A model generated the notes under the pieces. That model saw only the letters and a list, made by a program, of their open reading frames with translations. It had not been told where the DNA came from and made no database searches. Positions 53,742 through 64,000 of a stretch of DNA of 64,000 bases are shown piece by piece. Within the stretch, counting starts at the first letter, position 1. Each line of letters opens with the position of its first letter. The DNA lies in assembly GCA_965218095.1 (NCBI GenBank), contig OZ244587.1, forward strand, positions 1,344,001-1,408,000. The letters are read 5' to 3'. The translations under genes and the position numbers were made by a program. This stretch comes from Candidatus Poribacteria bacterium (lineage in GTDB: Bacteria; Poribacteria; WGA-4E; PCPOR2b).

Positions 53742-54341
53742 ATGGAAATTACTGCGAAGATGGTCGGTGAGTTGCGGATACGCACAGGCACCGGAATTAT
53801 GGATTGTAAGAAAGCCCTGATCGAATCAAACGGAGATTTGGAGGCGGCCATTCAACATCTGCGTGAAAAAGGACTGAAAGCTTCGGAACTTAGAGGTGGG
53901 CGCACCGCTTCTGAAGGGTTGGTAGTCTCATATATTCACCCCGGTAATCGAATTGGGTCGTTGGTTGAAGTCAATTGTGAAACAGATTTTGTCGCCCGGA
54001 CGGAACAATTTCAAACCCTGACAAAAGAGATTGCGATGCAGATTGCCGCCGCAAAACCGAAATATACCAGCAAGGAGGACGTGCCTGAAAGCGTCTTAGA
54101 ATCGGAAAGAGTGATTTTGAGAAAGCAAACGCTTGGTGAGGGGAAACCGGAGCATATCGTTGAGAAAATCGTCGAAGGCAGACTATCTAAATTTTACGCT
54201 GAGGCGTGTTTACTCGAACAGCCTTATATTCGGGAAATCGATAAAACTGTTAAACAACTCCTCCAGGAGGCAATCGCACAGCTTGGAGAAAACATTGTCG
54301 TGAGGCATTTTTCCCTCTATGTCTTAGGGCAAGGGGAATAG
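53742..54341 (+). CDS. tsf: Elongation factor Ts (short form)
   Basis: ELR.RTG.GIMDCKKAL, EVNCETDFVA, GKPEHIVEKIVEGRL. Confidence 0.96.
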   Translation: MEITAKMVGELRIRTGTGIMDCKKALIESNGDLEAAIQHLREKGLKASELRGGRTASEGLVVSYIHPGNRIGSLVEVNCETDFVARTEQFQTLTKEIAMQIAAAKPKYTSKEDVPESVLESERVILRKQTLGEGKPEHIVEKIVEGRLSKFYAEACLLEQPYIREIDKTVKQLLQEAIAQLGENIVVRHFSLYVLGQGE

Positions 54342-54405
54342 GTGAACGGGCAAATGAGGTTTGCAAATTCGTTGATTCGCAGATTCGATAACAGGAGTTT
54401 TCAAA

Positions 54406-54963
54406 ATGCCCAAAACAATTCTTCGTAATACAGAAACGCGGATGAAAAAGGCGGTGGAAGCCGCGGCAAAAGACTTTGCGCATGTACGCACTGGGAGAGC
54501 CTCGTCCGCTTTACTAGATGGTATCCATGTCGAGTGTTACGGGACCAAGAGCCCGCTTAATCAGGTTGCAACGATTACCATCCCTGAATCGCGTCTTATC
54601 GTCATCCAACCCTGGGATAAAACAATTATTAAGGATGTTGAAAAAGCCATCGCCCGATCTGATTTGGGGCTGAACCCAAACAGTGACGGAAATGTGATCC
54701 GGATTCAAATCCCTGAACTGACGACAGAACGTCGAAAAGAGATGACCAAATATGTCAGTACATTAGCTGAAGAAGGGCGTATTGCGATAAGAAATATCAG
54801 GCGTAACGCAAATGATTCTCTACAGAAGTTAGCAAAATCAAAAGAGATCTCTAAGGATGAACGTCATACTTATGGGAGTCAGGTCCAGGAGATCACGGAT
54901 AAATACAGTGATCAGGTCAATGAGCTATTAAAATCAAAGGAAGAGGAATTACTTGAATTGTAA
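54406..54963 (+). CDS. frr: Ribosome recycling factor
   Basis: RTGRA, IQPWDK, LGLNP.SDG, P.LT.ERRKE, RNIRR. Confidence 0.96.
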   Translation: MPKTILRNTETRMKKAVEAAAKDFAHVRTGRASSALLDGIHVECYGTKSPLNQVATITIPESRLIVIQPWDKTIIKDVEKAIARSDLGLNPNSDGNVIRIQIPELTTERRKEMTKYVSTLAEEGRIAIRNIRRNANDSLQKLAKSKEISKDERHTYGSQVQEITDKYSDQVNELLKSKEEELLEL

Positions 54964-55103
54964 TCAGCAATTGAAATTAATCAATGTCGAATCGCTGAAT
55001 TGCTAAACAGACGCCTCGTCTTCATGAAATCAACACGGATTGAATAAACCAGAATCTTAAGGAATTTCAGGGCTGATTTGCCAATTTATCCTCCCCGCGG
55101 CCA

Positions 55104-55919
55104 ATGTTTTGGAAGCGAGCCATCAGTACTATTATCTTAATTCCTGTTATTATTTTCCTCGTTTGGCGGGGAGAGCACCTCTATTCAGCATTGATTGTTC
55201 TCGTCACTGTTGTGATGTTGATTGAGTTCTGCCAACTTTCTCAATCGATTAGGGCGAAAGGAAGTCAGATTCTCACCATTGTATGTGGTTTACTGTTGTG
55301 TTTATCAGCAATTGAATTACTGGATTTTAAGATCTCTGTTCAACTCGCGCTCGCCTTGACACTCCTTCTTCCTTTTTCCTGCCAAATTTTTCGCAATCAG
55401 GTTAATGTCGCATTCCTTTCTATTGCCAGTACGTTGATGGGTGCCGTTTATATCGGTTGGGCATTTGGCTATCATCTGATTTTGCTGCGCCACATCAGTG
55501 ATGTTGGCAGCGGATTAATTTTCTTCTTGCTTGTGATTATCTGGCTGGGTGATACAGGGGCATACCTCTTCGGCAAATGGTTTGGCAAACATAAACTCAG
55601 GCCCCAAATTAGTCCCGGTAAAACCGTCGAAGGGACGATTGCAGGTTTAGGCTTTGGGGTGCTCGGAGGGCTCGGGGTTTGGTCTCTTTTATTGAAGGAC
55701 ACACTGAGTCTCCCACACACGCTGATCCTTGGCGTTTTATTAGGAATTGTCGGTCAACTGAGCGATTTGAGCGAGTCTATTATCAAACGCAGTGCTGATG
55801 TTAAAGATTCAGGTCGATTAATCCCCGGACACGGCGGGTTGCTGGATCGATGCGACAGTTTGATTTTTTCTGCGCCTGCACTTTACTACTATTTTCAATA
55901 TCTGATACGTGATGCATGA
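55104..55919 (+). CDS. cdsA: Phosphatidate cytidylyltransferase
   Basis: W.GDTGAY.FGK.FGKHKL.P.ISPGKTVEG, KDSG.LIPGHGGLLDR.DS. Confidence 0.95.
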   Translation: MFWKRAISTIILIPVIIFLVWRGEHLYSALIVLVTVVMLIEFCQLSQSIRAKGSQILTIVCGLLLCLSAIELLDFKISVQLALALTLLLPFSCQIFRNQVNVAFLSIASTLMGAVYIGWAFGYHLILLRHISDVGSGLIFFLLVIIWLGDTGAYLFGKWFGKHKLRPQISPGKTVEGTIAGLGFGVLGGLGVWSLLLKDTLSLPHTLILGVLLGIVGQLSDLSESIIKRSADVKDSGRLIPGHGGLLDRCDSLIFSAPALYYYFQYLIRDA

Positions 55920-55969
55920 TGGAGCGCAAAACCTGTTTTGCCGCTCATTCGCTGATTTGTCTATTTGTT

Positions 55970-57145
55970 ATGAAACATCTCGCCATTCTCGGTTCCACAG
56001 GGTCAATTGGGCAAAACGCACTTTCGATCGTGGAGACGCACTCCGATGAATTTGCCATTGCTGGGCTCGCTGCGAACACTTCGGTCGATCTGATGGAGCA
56101 GCAGGTTCGTCAATTTCGCCCACGACTTGTGGCACTAAAGGATGGAGAAGCCGCTGAGCAACTGAGGAAACGCCTGAGGGATGTCAAAAAGGTTGAGGTG
56201 TTTTCAGGCCGCGAAGGAGTTTTGGCGATTGCGACGATGGAGGGGGTTGATCTTGTCCTCGAAGCGATCGGTGGTAGCGCGGGACTACTACCAACGTTGG
56301 AAGCGATTCAAGCCGGAAAGGACCTTGCATTTGTCAACAAAGAAGTGCTGGTCATGTGCGGTTCGTTGATCATGGATGCAGTCCAGGAATACGACGTCCG
56401 CCTTTTGCCTGTGGACAGCGAGATTAGCGCCATCTTCCAGTGTCTTTCCAACTACGACGGTAACAACGGAAAACGCAGCGAAATTCATCGTCTCATTCTC
56501 ACCGCTTCCGGCGGTCCCTTTCGCCAAACCCCGTTGCATCAGCTCCACGCTGTGACACTCCAACAGGCTTTGAAGCATCCGAACTGGCAGATGGGGGAAA
56601 AAGTCACAATTGACTCAGCAACGATGATGAATAAGGGATTTGAGGTCATTGAGTCGAAATGGTTCTTTGATATGGAGTTGTCGCAGATCGAAGTTGTGAT
56701 TCACCCGGAAAGTATTATTCATTCGATGGTTGAATTTGTCGATGGTTCGTTGCTCGCCCAATTAGGGGTTTCAGATATGCGCCTGCCAATCCAATACGCA
56801 TTCACTTATCCGTGCCGCTTGCCTACCCCCGCCCCACGCCTTGACCTGTCCCAAATTCGTTCTCTGCGCATGGAATCTGTGGATTTTGAAAAATTCCCTT
56901 GCCTGGGTCTCGCTTACACTGCCGCGAAAGTTAGCGGGACCCTGCCGACTGTTCTCAGCAGTGCCGATGAAGTCGTTGTGCAGGCATTTCTGAATCAGCA
57001 GATTCGCTTCACAGACATTCCAGTGTTCCTCAAGGAAGTCATGACCCAACATGATGTGACGCTTCAGCCAAATCTCGATGATATTCTCGCCGCTGATCGA
57101 TGGGCAAAATCAACAGCGCACAAATTAATTCAGACAAGAAGGTGA
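55970..57145 (+). CDS. dxr: 1-deoxy-D-xylulose 5-phosphate reductoisomerase
   Basis: ILGSTGSIG, LPVDSE, LTASGGPF, HPNW.MG.K.TIDSATMMNKG. Confidence 0.95.
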   Translation: MKHLAILGSTGSIGQNALSIVETHSDEFAIAGLAANTSVDLMEQQVRQFRPRLVALKDGEAAEQLRKRLRDVKKVEVFSGREGVLAIATMEGVDLVLEAIGGSAGLLPTLEAIQAGKDLAFVNKEVLVMCGSLIMDAVQEYDVRLLPVDSEISAIFQCLSNYDGNNGKRSEIHRLILTASGGPFRQTPLHQLHAVTLQQALKHPNWQMGEKVTIDSATMMNKGFEVIESKWFFDMELSQIEVVIHPESIIHSMVEFVDGSLLAQLGVSDMRLPIQYAFTYPCRLPTPAPRLDLSQIRSLRMESVDFEKFPCLGLAYTAAKVSGTLPTVLSSADEVVVQAFLNQQIRFTDIPVFLKEVMTQHDVTLQPNLDDILAADRWAKSTAHKLIQTRR

Positions 57146-57150
57146 TATTC

Positions 57151-58809
57151 ATGTTTCAATCGGCCAATGGAATTATTATTGCAATTTTCTCTCTTGGCTT
57201 TCTCATTTTTATTCATGAACTCGGACATTTTCTCGCAGCGAAGCGGTGCGGTATTCGCGTTGAGAAATTTTCAATCGGTTTTGGCCCCAAGCTGCTTGGT
57301 TTTCGGCGCAGAGAAACAGACTACTGTTTCTCTGCTTTGCCGTTTGGCGGATTTGTAAAAATGTCGGGAGAAAATCCTGAGGAACAAACAGGTGCGACAG
57401 GCGAATTTGCTTCAGCCCCCGTTGGGCACCGCATCTTTGTAGCGATTACCGGGCCCGCAATGAACTTTGTGTTGGGTATCGTTCTATTTTCGCTGGTCTA
57501 TTTTATTGGGTTGGATCATGACACTGTTCGATTGATGGAGATGTTGACGGGTGAGACTTTCGGAAAGTCTGCGCAAATGACTCAGATTGGGTTAGTCGCT
57601 GATGATAGTCCTGCGAAGGATGGTGGCATACAGCCGGGTGACACGATCATTTCGATCAACGGACAAAAGGTCAAGAATTGGCAGGATTTCCACACAAGAA
57701 TCTTTACCAGCCCCGAGAAGAAACTTGAGATTGTCGTTTCCTGCGATGGTCAGTTGAAGTCACTCGACGTGACGCCTGAAAGCAAGCACAGGAAGGGCAT
57801 TGGTGAGATCGGTCAGATTAAGGTCTCTTCCCGGCAGGAGGTCATGGTTGGGAATGTCGCTGAAGGAAGTTCAGCAACAAAGGTTGGAATCCAAGCCGGC
57901 GACTTGATTGAAACCATCAATGAGGAAAAAATCTATCATATCCCTGAATTTGATTCCCGAATCTGGGAAACTCCTGAGTGGGTTGGATTGGAACATCAGA
58001 AATTTTACAAGCGAATTAAAGACAGGCGAGGCGGCGAGATTGCGATTGGAATCAGGCGTGGTACAGAATCGTTGGCTCTAAACTTGCCTGTCGACTGGAC
58101 GGTTCGCGCTAGGGTTGACGAAGGAAGCGCAACGCAAACGGCAGGTATCCAATCTGGAGACCAGATTGTTGAAATCAATGGAGAACCTATTGAGAGCTTC
58201 GATTTATACCCGAGATTGTATGAGTTGACTCAAGCGAATCCCGATCAGGCGGTCGAAATCGGACTCCGGCGCGATGGTGAACATCTGACCGCAACCCTGA
58301 CGCTTCAGATTGTCGGTGATGAAAATCGACTCAATCTCCGAGGATTACATTGGGAGATGTCGATGAGTGGGCTTGCGTTCACTGCACCATCCATTCAAAT
58401 CCCAAAATATGATCTCATCACGGCAGTCGGAAAAGGCATCCAAACAAATTGGTTCATCCTTGAGATGGTCGCAAAGGTCCTCAGACGTCTCATCACTCGG
58501 GAGGTTTCACCTAAATTTCTCACAGGCCCGATCGGGATTGTGAATGCGACAAGCCGGGTTGTACAAATCGGTGTGATGAGCCTACTCTTTTTCGTGGGCT
58601 TCATCAGCGTGAATCTAGGTATTGTGAATTTGTTGCCCATTCCGATTGCTGATGGTGGTCAAATCCTTTTCTTCACCCTTGAAAAATTACGCGGCAAACC
58701 CTTGAGTCTTCGTAAACAGACGATTATCCAGCAGGTCAGTATTGTCCTAATCGCTGGTCTATTCTTATATATCACATTCTATGACCTCTTGCGCGTCTTT
58801 TTCGTCTGA
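57151..58809 (+). CDS. rseP: RIP metalloprotease RseP
   Basis: HELGH, PFGGFVKM, GP.MN, NLLPIP.ADGG; three PDZ-like repeats. Confidence 0.93.
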   Translation: MFQSANGIIIAIFSLGFLIFIHELGHFLAAKRCGIRVEKFSIGFGPKLLGFRRRETDYCFSALPFGGFVKMSGENPEEQTGATGEFASAPVGHRIFVAITGPAMNFVLGIVLFSLVYFIGLDHDTVRLMEMLTGETFGKSAQMTQIGLVADDSPAKDGGIQPGDTIISINGQKVKNWQDFHTRIFTSPEKKLEIVVSCDGQLKSLDVTPESKHRKGIGEIGQIKVSSRQEVMVGNVAEGSSATKVGIQAGDLIETINEEKIYHIPEFDSRIWETPEWVGLEHQKFYKRIKDRRGGEIAIGIRRGTESLALNLPVDWTVRARVDEGSATQTAGIQSGDQIVEINGEPIESFDLYPRLYELTQANPDQAVEIGLRRDGEHLTATLTLQIVGDENRLNLRGLHWEMSMSGLAFTAPSIQIPKYDLITAVGKGIQTNWFILEMVAKVLRRLITREVSPKFLTGPIGIVNATSRVVQIGVMSLLFFVGFISVNLGIVNLLPIPIADGGQILFFTLEKLRGKPLSLRKQTIIQQVSIVLIAGLFLYITFYDLLRVFFV

Positions 58810-58864
58810 TGCCGAAGACTGGGGGATAGGACATGAGAAAGCCAGCGAATCAAGACGCCTAACG

Positions 58865-59917
58865 ATGTTAAATCTCGCTCAAATCAAACAACATGATTCC
58901 GAGGACATGCTTCACTTATTGAACGCCTTTTCTGAACAGTGCAAGCGTGCTCAGGAAATTGCCGAGAATTTCCAGTTTAACAGACATGATGAACGAATGC
59001 CCAGCAATATCGTCATCGCTGGGATGGGTGGCTCTGCGATTAGCGGCGACCTGGTGAAGGCGGTGCTCAACGACCAATCGCCAATCCCAATTATCGTCCA
59101 CCGGAACTATACACTCCCTGCATTTGTTACATCTCAGACGCTCTTTATTGCTGTCAGTTACTCCGGCAATACGGAAGAAACCTTGCAGTCCATTGAGACG
59201 GCATTTGCGAGAGGGGCAAAGATCGTTACAATTACCAGCGGTGGAAAGTTAAAGGCATTCACAGATGCGCATCACCTTCCCGGTGTGACCATCCCGTCTG
59301 GGCAGCAACCCAGAGCTTCGCTTGGCTACCTGTTTATACCGATTTTAGCCACCCTGGTACGGCTGGGATTTGCGTCGAACCTTAATCTCCGGGGCGATTT
59401 GGATGAGACGATCGACCTGACGTCGAAACTGGCAGAGGATTTTCATCCGGATGTACTGGATAGTCAGCCGAAGCGGCTGGCGCAGCAGTTGTACGGGAAG
59501 TTGCCTATCATCTATGCGCCCCAAGAACTGGAGGCGGTTGCGATGCGATGGATGGGGCAGATTAACGAAAACAGCAAATCACTCTCCTATTACAATGTGT
59601 TTCCAGAGATGAATCACAATGAGATTGAAGGTTGGAAGCATCCGCGAACCTTAACGCAACAGTGCCATATCATCCAACTCCATGATTCGATCGCTCCTTC
59701 TCAGACGCAGCGTCGAATGGACATAACCGCGGAACTGATTCAGTCGCATGCCGCCGGTATCACGCAGGTACATCCGCAAGGCAAATCACTATTGGCGCGT
59801 CTCTTATCGTTAATTACGATTGGGGATTGGACCAGCTTTTATCTTGCAATTTTGTACGCCCAAGATCCGACGCCTGTGACACGAATTGAGAAACTCAAAC
59901 GTCGATTGGAAGCGTAA
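58865..59917 (+). CDS. Bifunctional phosphoglucose/phosphomannose isomerase
   Basis: GMGGSAI.GD, SYSGNTEET, QPRA.LG, INENSK, PEMNHNEIEGW. Confidence 0.92.
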   Translation: MLNLAQIKQHDSEDMLHLLNAFSEQCKRAQEIAENFQFNRHDERMPSNIVIAGMGGSAISGDLVKAVLNDQSPIPIIVHRNYTLPAFVTSQTLFIAVSYSGNTEETLQSIETAFARGAKIVTITSGGKLKAFTDAHHLPGVTIPSGQQPRASLGYLFIPILATLVRLGFASNLNLRGDLDETIDLTSKLAEDFHPDVLDSQPKRLAQQLYGKLPIIYAPQELEAVAMRWMGQINENSKSLSYYNVFPEMNHNEIEGWKHPRTLTQQCHIIQLHDSIAPSQTQRRMDITAELIQSHAAGITQVHPQGKSLLARLLSLITIGDWTSFYLAILYAQDPTPVTRIEKLKRRLEA

Positions 59918-59959
59918 AACGTAAAGATCTGACACATTGCGTTTCACGTTTTACATTTC

Positions 59960-60646
59960 ATGCCAGATCAAAATGAACTTGTCCAGGAATATTTACAACT
60001 TGTCGCTACAGTGAGGGAATACGTGGAAGAACAAATGCAGCTTGGCTTTACAGAGTTACTTGAGCCAGAACAGAAATCCGAATTTGCCGATTTTGATATG
60101 GGAAAGTTGCGTCAAGAAGCGATGGGCTGTGAGCGATGTGAGTTGCATCAGGGGCGAAACACGGTTGTTTTCGGCGTTGGAAACGAAAACGCTGACCTCA
60201 TGTTCGTTGGGGAAGCCCCCGGCGCTGATGAAGACCGTCAGGGTGAACCCTTCGTCGGCCCAGCGGGCCAACTACTCACGCGCATCATCGAAGCGATGGG
60301 GTTGACACGTGATGATGTCTATATCGCGAATGTCATCAAGTGCCGTCCGCCCGGCAATCGAAACCCAAAACAGATCGAGATCGAAACCTGTGAACCCTTC
60401 CTACTCAGACAGATTGCGTTAATCAAGCCCAAGGTCGTCTGTGCCCTCGGCACCTTCGCTGCCCAAACGTTACTTCGTACCGATCAGAAGATTTCGATGT
60501 TACGTGGGCAATTTCACGATTATCATGGCTGCAAGCTCATGGCAACCTATCACCCCGCCTATCTCCTTCGGAATCCGCATGGGAAACGGAAACGAGATGT
60601 CTGGGAAGATATGAAGAAAGTCATGGCTGAACTAAAGAGTCAATGA
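59960..60646 (+). CDS. Uracil-DNA glycosylase family 4
   Basis: C..C.L, FVGEAPG..ED..G.PFVG.AG.LL, KCRPP.NR.P, TYHPAYLLR. Confidence 0.93.
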   Translation: MPDQNELVQEYLQLVATVREYVEEQMQLGFTELLEPEQKSEFADFDMGKLRQEAMGCERCELHQGRNTVVFGVGNENADLMFVGEAPGADEDRQGEPFVGPAGQLLTRIIEAMGLTRDDVYIANVIKCRPPGNRNPKQIEIETCEPFLLRQIALIKPKVVCALGTFAAQTLLRTDQKISMLRGQFHDYHGCKLMATYHPAYLLRNPHGKRKRDVWEDMKKVMAELKSQ

Positions 60647-60786
60647 ATGGGCGAATAAGCGAACCACGAAAGCATTCACAGGTTCATTGGTTCATTGAAC
60701 TTCCCGCTACGCAGGACTAAGAAGTCTGAACTCATGTACAAATGAACTTCTTATGTTTTACGTAATACACATCACGTTTCACGCTT

Positions 60787-63243
60787 ATGAAATACGCCCG
60801 CGTCGCTTTTCCACTCCCCCAAGATCTTGCCTTTTCTTACGCCATTCCGGATCGCCTCCAATCCCTTGCGCAGCCTGGCTCCCGTGTACTCGCACCGTTA
60901 GGGGAAAGTAGGCGGGAAGGGGTCATCGTCGAACTGATGGACGAACCGGACCTCCCCGACGACGCTATCGAAATCAAAAACCTTACCGATTGCCTTGATG
61001 ATACCCCCACATTTTCCGATGAACTCCTTGTCTTGACGAGATGGATCTCGGCCTATTACTTGTCATCGTGGGGTGAGGCGTTCAAGTGCGCGGCTCCGTC
61101 AGCCGTAAGAAGCCGACAAAATCGGGTTGTACGTTCCCTCGCCACCGACGCGCAAATCGCAGAGCTGCGGAAATCCCGCCAGAAGGAGATCTTGTCGCTA
61201 CTCAGGGGAAACGAGACACTTACCATCAATCAGATTGCGCGCCGCATGGGGATTGGCGCTTCAAAGCTGCGTTCTGCGCTGCTAACTCTGCGACAGAAAG
61301 GACTGATTGAACTTCAGTCGAACTTCCAATCCAAATCTGAACCTCAGACAGCTCTTGTAGTTTCTTTAGCCAAGTCACTGGCTGAAATCGAGAGTGAGAT
61401 TTCAGCATTGCCAAAACGATTCACCAAACAGGCGGCGGTGCTACGTTTCCTGATTGACGAGTCAAGCGCATTGCCAGTCGTAAGCACAGAGATCACCATA
61501 CGCACTAACGCCAGTCTGATGACGTTACGATCTCTTGAGCAGAAAGGGTTGATTGGCATCAGGTCAGTTCAGATTGTGCGAAATCCTCTGAGTTTGGACC
61601 CAGTTCCTCCCACGCAGCCGTTCACTCTTAATGCAGATCAGGCAACCGCCTTGGAAGCAATTCAAGCGGCAATCGATACAACTCAACGAGAAGTGTTTCT
61701 CCTGCACGGTGTTACGGGAAGCGGCAAGACAGAGGTTTACATGCAGGCAATGGCTTCCGTGCTGGAGCAAGGCAAGGGGGTAATCGTTCTCGTTCCCGAG
61801 ATCTCCTTGACGCCGCAGACCGTCTCTCAGTTTGTTGGTCGTTTTGGGGCGCGAGTTGCAGTATTACATAGCAACCTTTCAGACGGGGAGCGGTACGATC
61901 AATGGCAGCGGATCAAAGGCGGAGACGCGGACATCGTTGTTGGTCCCCGTTCCGCAATCTTCGCGCCTATCCCAAATCTCGGCCTTATAGTGATCGATGA
62001 GGAACATGAAACGTCATACAAGCAGGATACCTCACCGCCATTCTATCACGTCCGTGACGTCGCCGTGAAAAGATCTGAGTTAGCCAACTGCCCATTGATT
62101 CTTGGCAGCGCGACGCCATCGCTGGAGAGTTTTTATCGTGCGCAATGCGGCGAATACCACCTCCTGAGTCTTCCTTCCCGCGTATCTAATATTGGGATGC
62201 CGCCTGTCAAGATTGTGGATATGCGCGAGGAGCTAAAAAAGGACAATCGTACGATTTTTTCAGCGACGCTTCGCACAGCGATTGAAGACCGGCTTTCCAG
62301 AAGAGAACAGGTCATCTTGTTCCTGAATCGGCGAGGGTACTCCACTTACGTATTCTGCCGAACCTGTGGCTATGTCGAGCGGTGCAACAACTGCTCGATC
62401 TCACTGACATTTCATTTTCAGACCAAACAGATGCGTTGTCACCACTGCGGCTATGAACGCCCAACACCAGAACTTTGTCCGCAATGCGGCAGTATGTACA
62501 TCCGCTATTTTGGGTTTGGCACAGAGCAGGTTGAGCAGGAGGTCACCAAGGCATTCCCCAAAGCAAAAGTCAAGCGGATGGACGCCGATTCGACGACACG
62601 CAAAAATGCCCATCAGAAAATTCTGGATGCCTTCAAGGCCGGAGAAATTGATATTCTGGTGGGAACACAGATGATCGCCAAGGGGTTAGACTTTCCAAAC
62701 GTGACCCTGGTTGGCGTAATCTCCGCCGATACCGCACTTAATCTGCCGGACTTCCGCGCCGGCGAGCGGGCATTTAATTTGCTCACACAGGTCGCCGGCC
62801 GATCCGGACGCAGTGAGGCTGGCGGCGACGTGATTGTTCAGACCTACATGCCCGAACATTATAGCATCCAGGCGGCGCAAGGTCATGACTATCTTCGTTT
62901 CTACCATGAAGAAATCGGTTATCGAGAGGCGCTGCTGTACCCGCCTTTGAGCCACGCCGCGACCATCCTGCTCCGTGGCGCAATCGAAACGGACGTAATC
63001 CAAGCCGCAAACAATCTCCTTGATCAACTCGAAACCATCAAAGCGGACACCTTCCCGTCAGTCGAGATTCGAGGTCCCGTCCCCGCACTGCTCACCAAAA
63101 TTAAGAACAAATTTCGATGGCACTTTCTGCTGCGGAGTCAGCACGTTACGGATCTCCGTGAACTGATTCTGCGAGCCGTTGAAGCGTCCTCGCCCACGAA
63201 CATCGATTTGATTGTGGATATTGATCCGATCAGTATGTTGTAA
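60787..63243 (+). CDS. priA: Primosomal protein N'
   Basis: GVTGSGKTEVY, LVPEISLTPQ, DEEH, zinc-binding CxxC motifs, GTQMIAKGLDFPNVT, QVAGR.GR. Confidence 0.96.
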   Translation: MKYARVAFPLPQDLAFSYAIPDRLQSLAQPGSRVLAPLGESRREGVIVELMDEPDLPDDAIEIKNLTDCLDDTPTFSDELLVLTRWISAYYLSSWGEAFKCAAPSAVRSRQNRVVRSLATDAQIAELRKSRQKEILSLLRGNETLTINQIARRMGIGASKLRSALLTLRQKGLIELQSNFQSKSEPQTALVVSLAKSLAEIESEISALPKRFTKQAAVLRFLIDESSALPVVSTEITIRTNASLMTLRSLEQKGLIGIRSVQIVRNPLSLDPVPPTQPFTLNADQATALEAIQAAIDTTQREVFLLHGVTGSGKTEVYMQAMASVLEQGKGVIVLVPEISLTPQTVSQFVGRFGARVAVLHSNLSDGERYDQWQRIKGGDADIVVGPRSAIFAPIPNLGLIVIDEEHETSYKQDTSPPFYHVRDVAVKRSELANCPLILGSATPSLESFYRAQCGEYHLLSLPSRVSNIGMPPVKIVDMREELKKDNRTIFSATLRTAIEDRLSRREQVILFLNRRGYSTYVFCRTCGYVERCNNCSISLTFHFQTKQMRCHHCGYERPTPELCPQCGSMYIRYFGFGTEQVEQEVTKAFPKAKVKRMDADSTTRKNAHQKILDAFKAGEIDILVGTQMIAKGLDFPNVTLVGVISADTALNLPDFRAGERAFNLLTQVAGRSGRSEAGGDVIVQTYMPEHYSIQAAQGHDYLRFYHEEIGYREALLYPPLSHAATILLRGAIETDVIQAANNLLDQLETIKADTFPSVEIRGPVPALLTKIKNKFRWHFLLRSQHVTDLRELILRAVEASSPTNIDLIVDIDPISML

Positions 63244-63339
63244 TGAGAAACAAGTAAAATGCGAAGTGATGACTATAGATTCGATACAAACCCTTTCCGC
63301 CCCTCAAGTTCTATATGACGACTCAGGTTAACCGACGAG

Positions 63340-63450
63340 TGACATCTATTTAGTGCAGGTGCCGCTTGAGCATAAGAACATCAAGACCACCCGGAAGTAT
63401 CTGGGCATCAGCTATCGGAAGATGCAGCAGGCGGTCAAGATGATCGAAAC
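63340..63450 (+). pseudogene. Tyrosine recombinase/integrase extreme C-terminal remnant
   Basis: DIYLVQVPLEHKNIKTTRKYLGISY resembles box II VQ.LLGH....TT..Y. Confidence 0.5.
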
Positions 63451-63480
63451 GTCCAAACGCAACAGAAAGAGCAAAACGTG

Positions 63481-63999
63481 TTACTCGCCAAAACTGGAAA
63501 ATTCAACATTTCTCAGAATATCCAACTTTCCCAATTTGACACAAAATTCCTCATTTTTCACAAACTCCTGCCACCTCGCATACATTGGGTACTTTGCCAT
63601 CTCAAACTCCCTGAGTGGATTTTTGACTTTTCTCTCAATGAACTGGTACAGAGCCTTTTGCTCGTTTGTTGCCTCGTGAATTTGGCCAAAGGAGATCTGG
63701 CTTCGGTTGCGCCATAGTTTTGGATTGACCGTCTGGGCCATTAGCTGGATCTTCATATCGTCTGACACCGGAACCTCACAGGTCTGGTTAAGGAACTCAT
63801 AGAGCCTTTTAGCTTGCCTGAACGGTTCTCGCACAAGTCCTTCGTAGGGGATGAAAATTTTGTTTTCAGTTTCTTCTGTGTGTTCAAGGATAAGCAACAT
63901 CATGTATTGCCAACATAGTATGTTGCCAGCGATGAGACTCACTTTCCCCTCTAGCTTTTCCGGCAGGATGAATTTTTGCCAAGACAGTACCGTATCATA
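63481..63999 (-). CDS. Sulfotransferase-family protein, C-terminal part (start lies outside the window)
   Basis: Frame stays open to the window edge (YDTVLSWQKF...); W..Y and IPYEGLVREP..QA.RL.EFL typical of sulfotransferase C-termini. Confidence 0.55.
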   Translation of the reverse strand, partial: YDTVLSWQKFILPEKLEGKVSLIAGNILCWQYMMLLILEHTEETENKIFIPYEGLVREPFRQAKRLYEFLNQTCEVPVSDDMKIQLMAQTVNPKLWRNRSQISFGQIHEATNEQKALYQFIERKVKNPLREFEMAKYPMYARWQEFVKNEEFCVKLGKLDILRNVEFSSFGE

Positions 64000-64000
64000 A

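Overview
Bacterial chromosomal window, most likely Candidatus Poribacteria (inferred from 16S signatures and a FlgD-Ig-like C-terminal domain remnant). Housekeeping content: a complete minus-strand rRNA operon (16S, tRNA-Ile, tRNA-Ala, 23S, 5S), argJB, yebC-ruvCAB-queA-yajC, rpsB-tsf-frr-cdsA-dxr-rseP-pgi/pmi-udg-priA, a TolC/MFP/ABC exporter, an RFAP synthase, a xanthine-dehydrogenase-family molybdoenzyme operon, and a polysaccharide locus with a sulfotransferase whose distal end is decayed by two IS elements and a group II intron remnant. The main finding is a 2.7 kb transposase-less element (32559-35272) with 22-bp terminal inverted repeats of IS1595/ISNwi1 type and a perfect 8-bp target duplication. 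It carries a strong sigma70 promoter beside a perfect palindrome and an array of short membrane/coiled-coil genes joined by a recurring TAACCTACGGAGGAT(C/T)TA..ATG junction. A second left end (35568-35744) and a related cassette block (15902-17237) occur elsewhere in the window, suggesting a mobile gene-cassette family with modular cargo. All homology calls are by eye from motifs; no database search was run.
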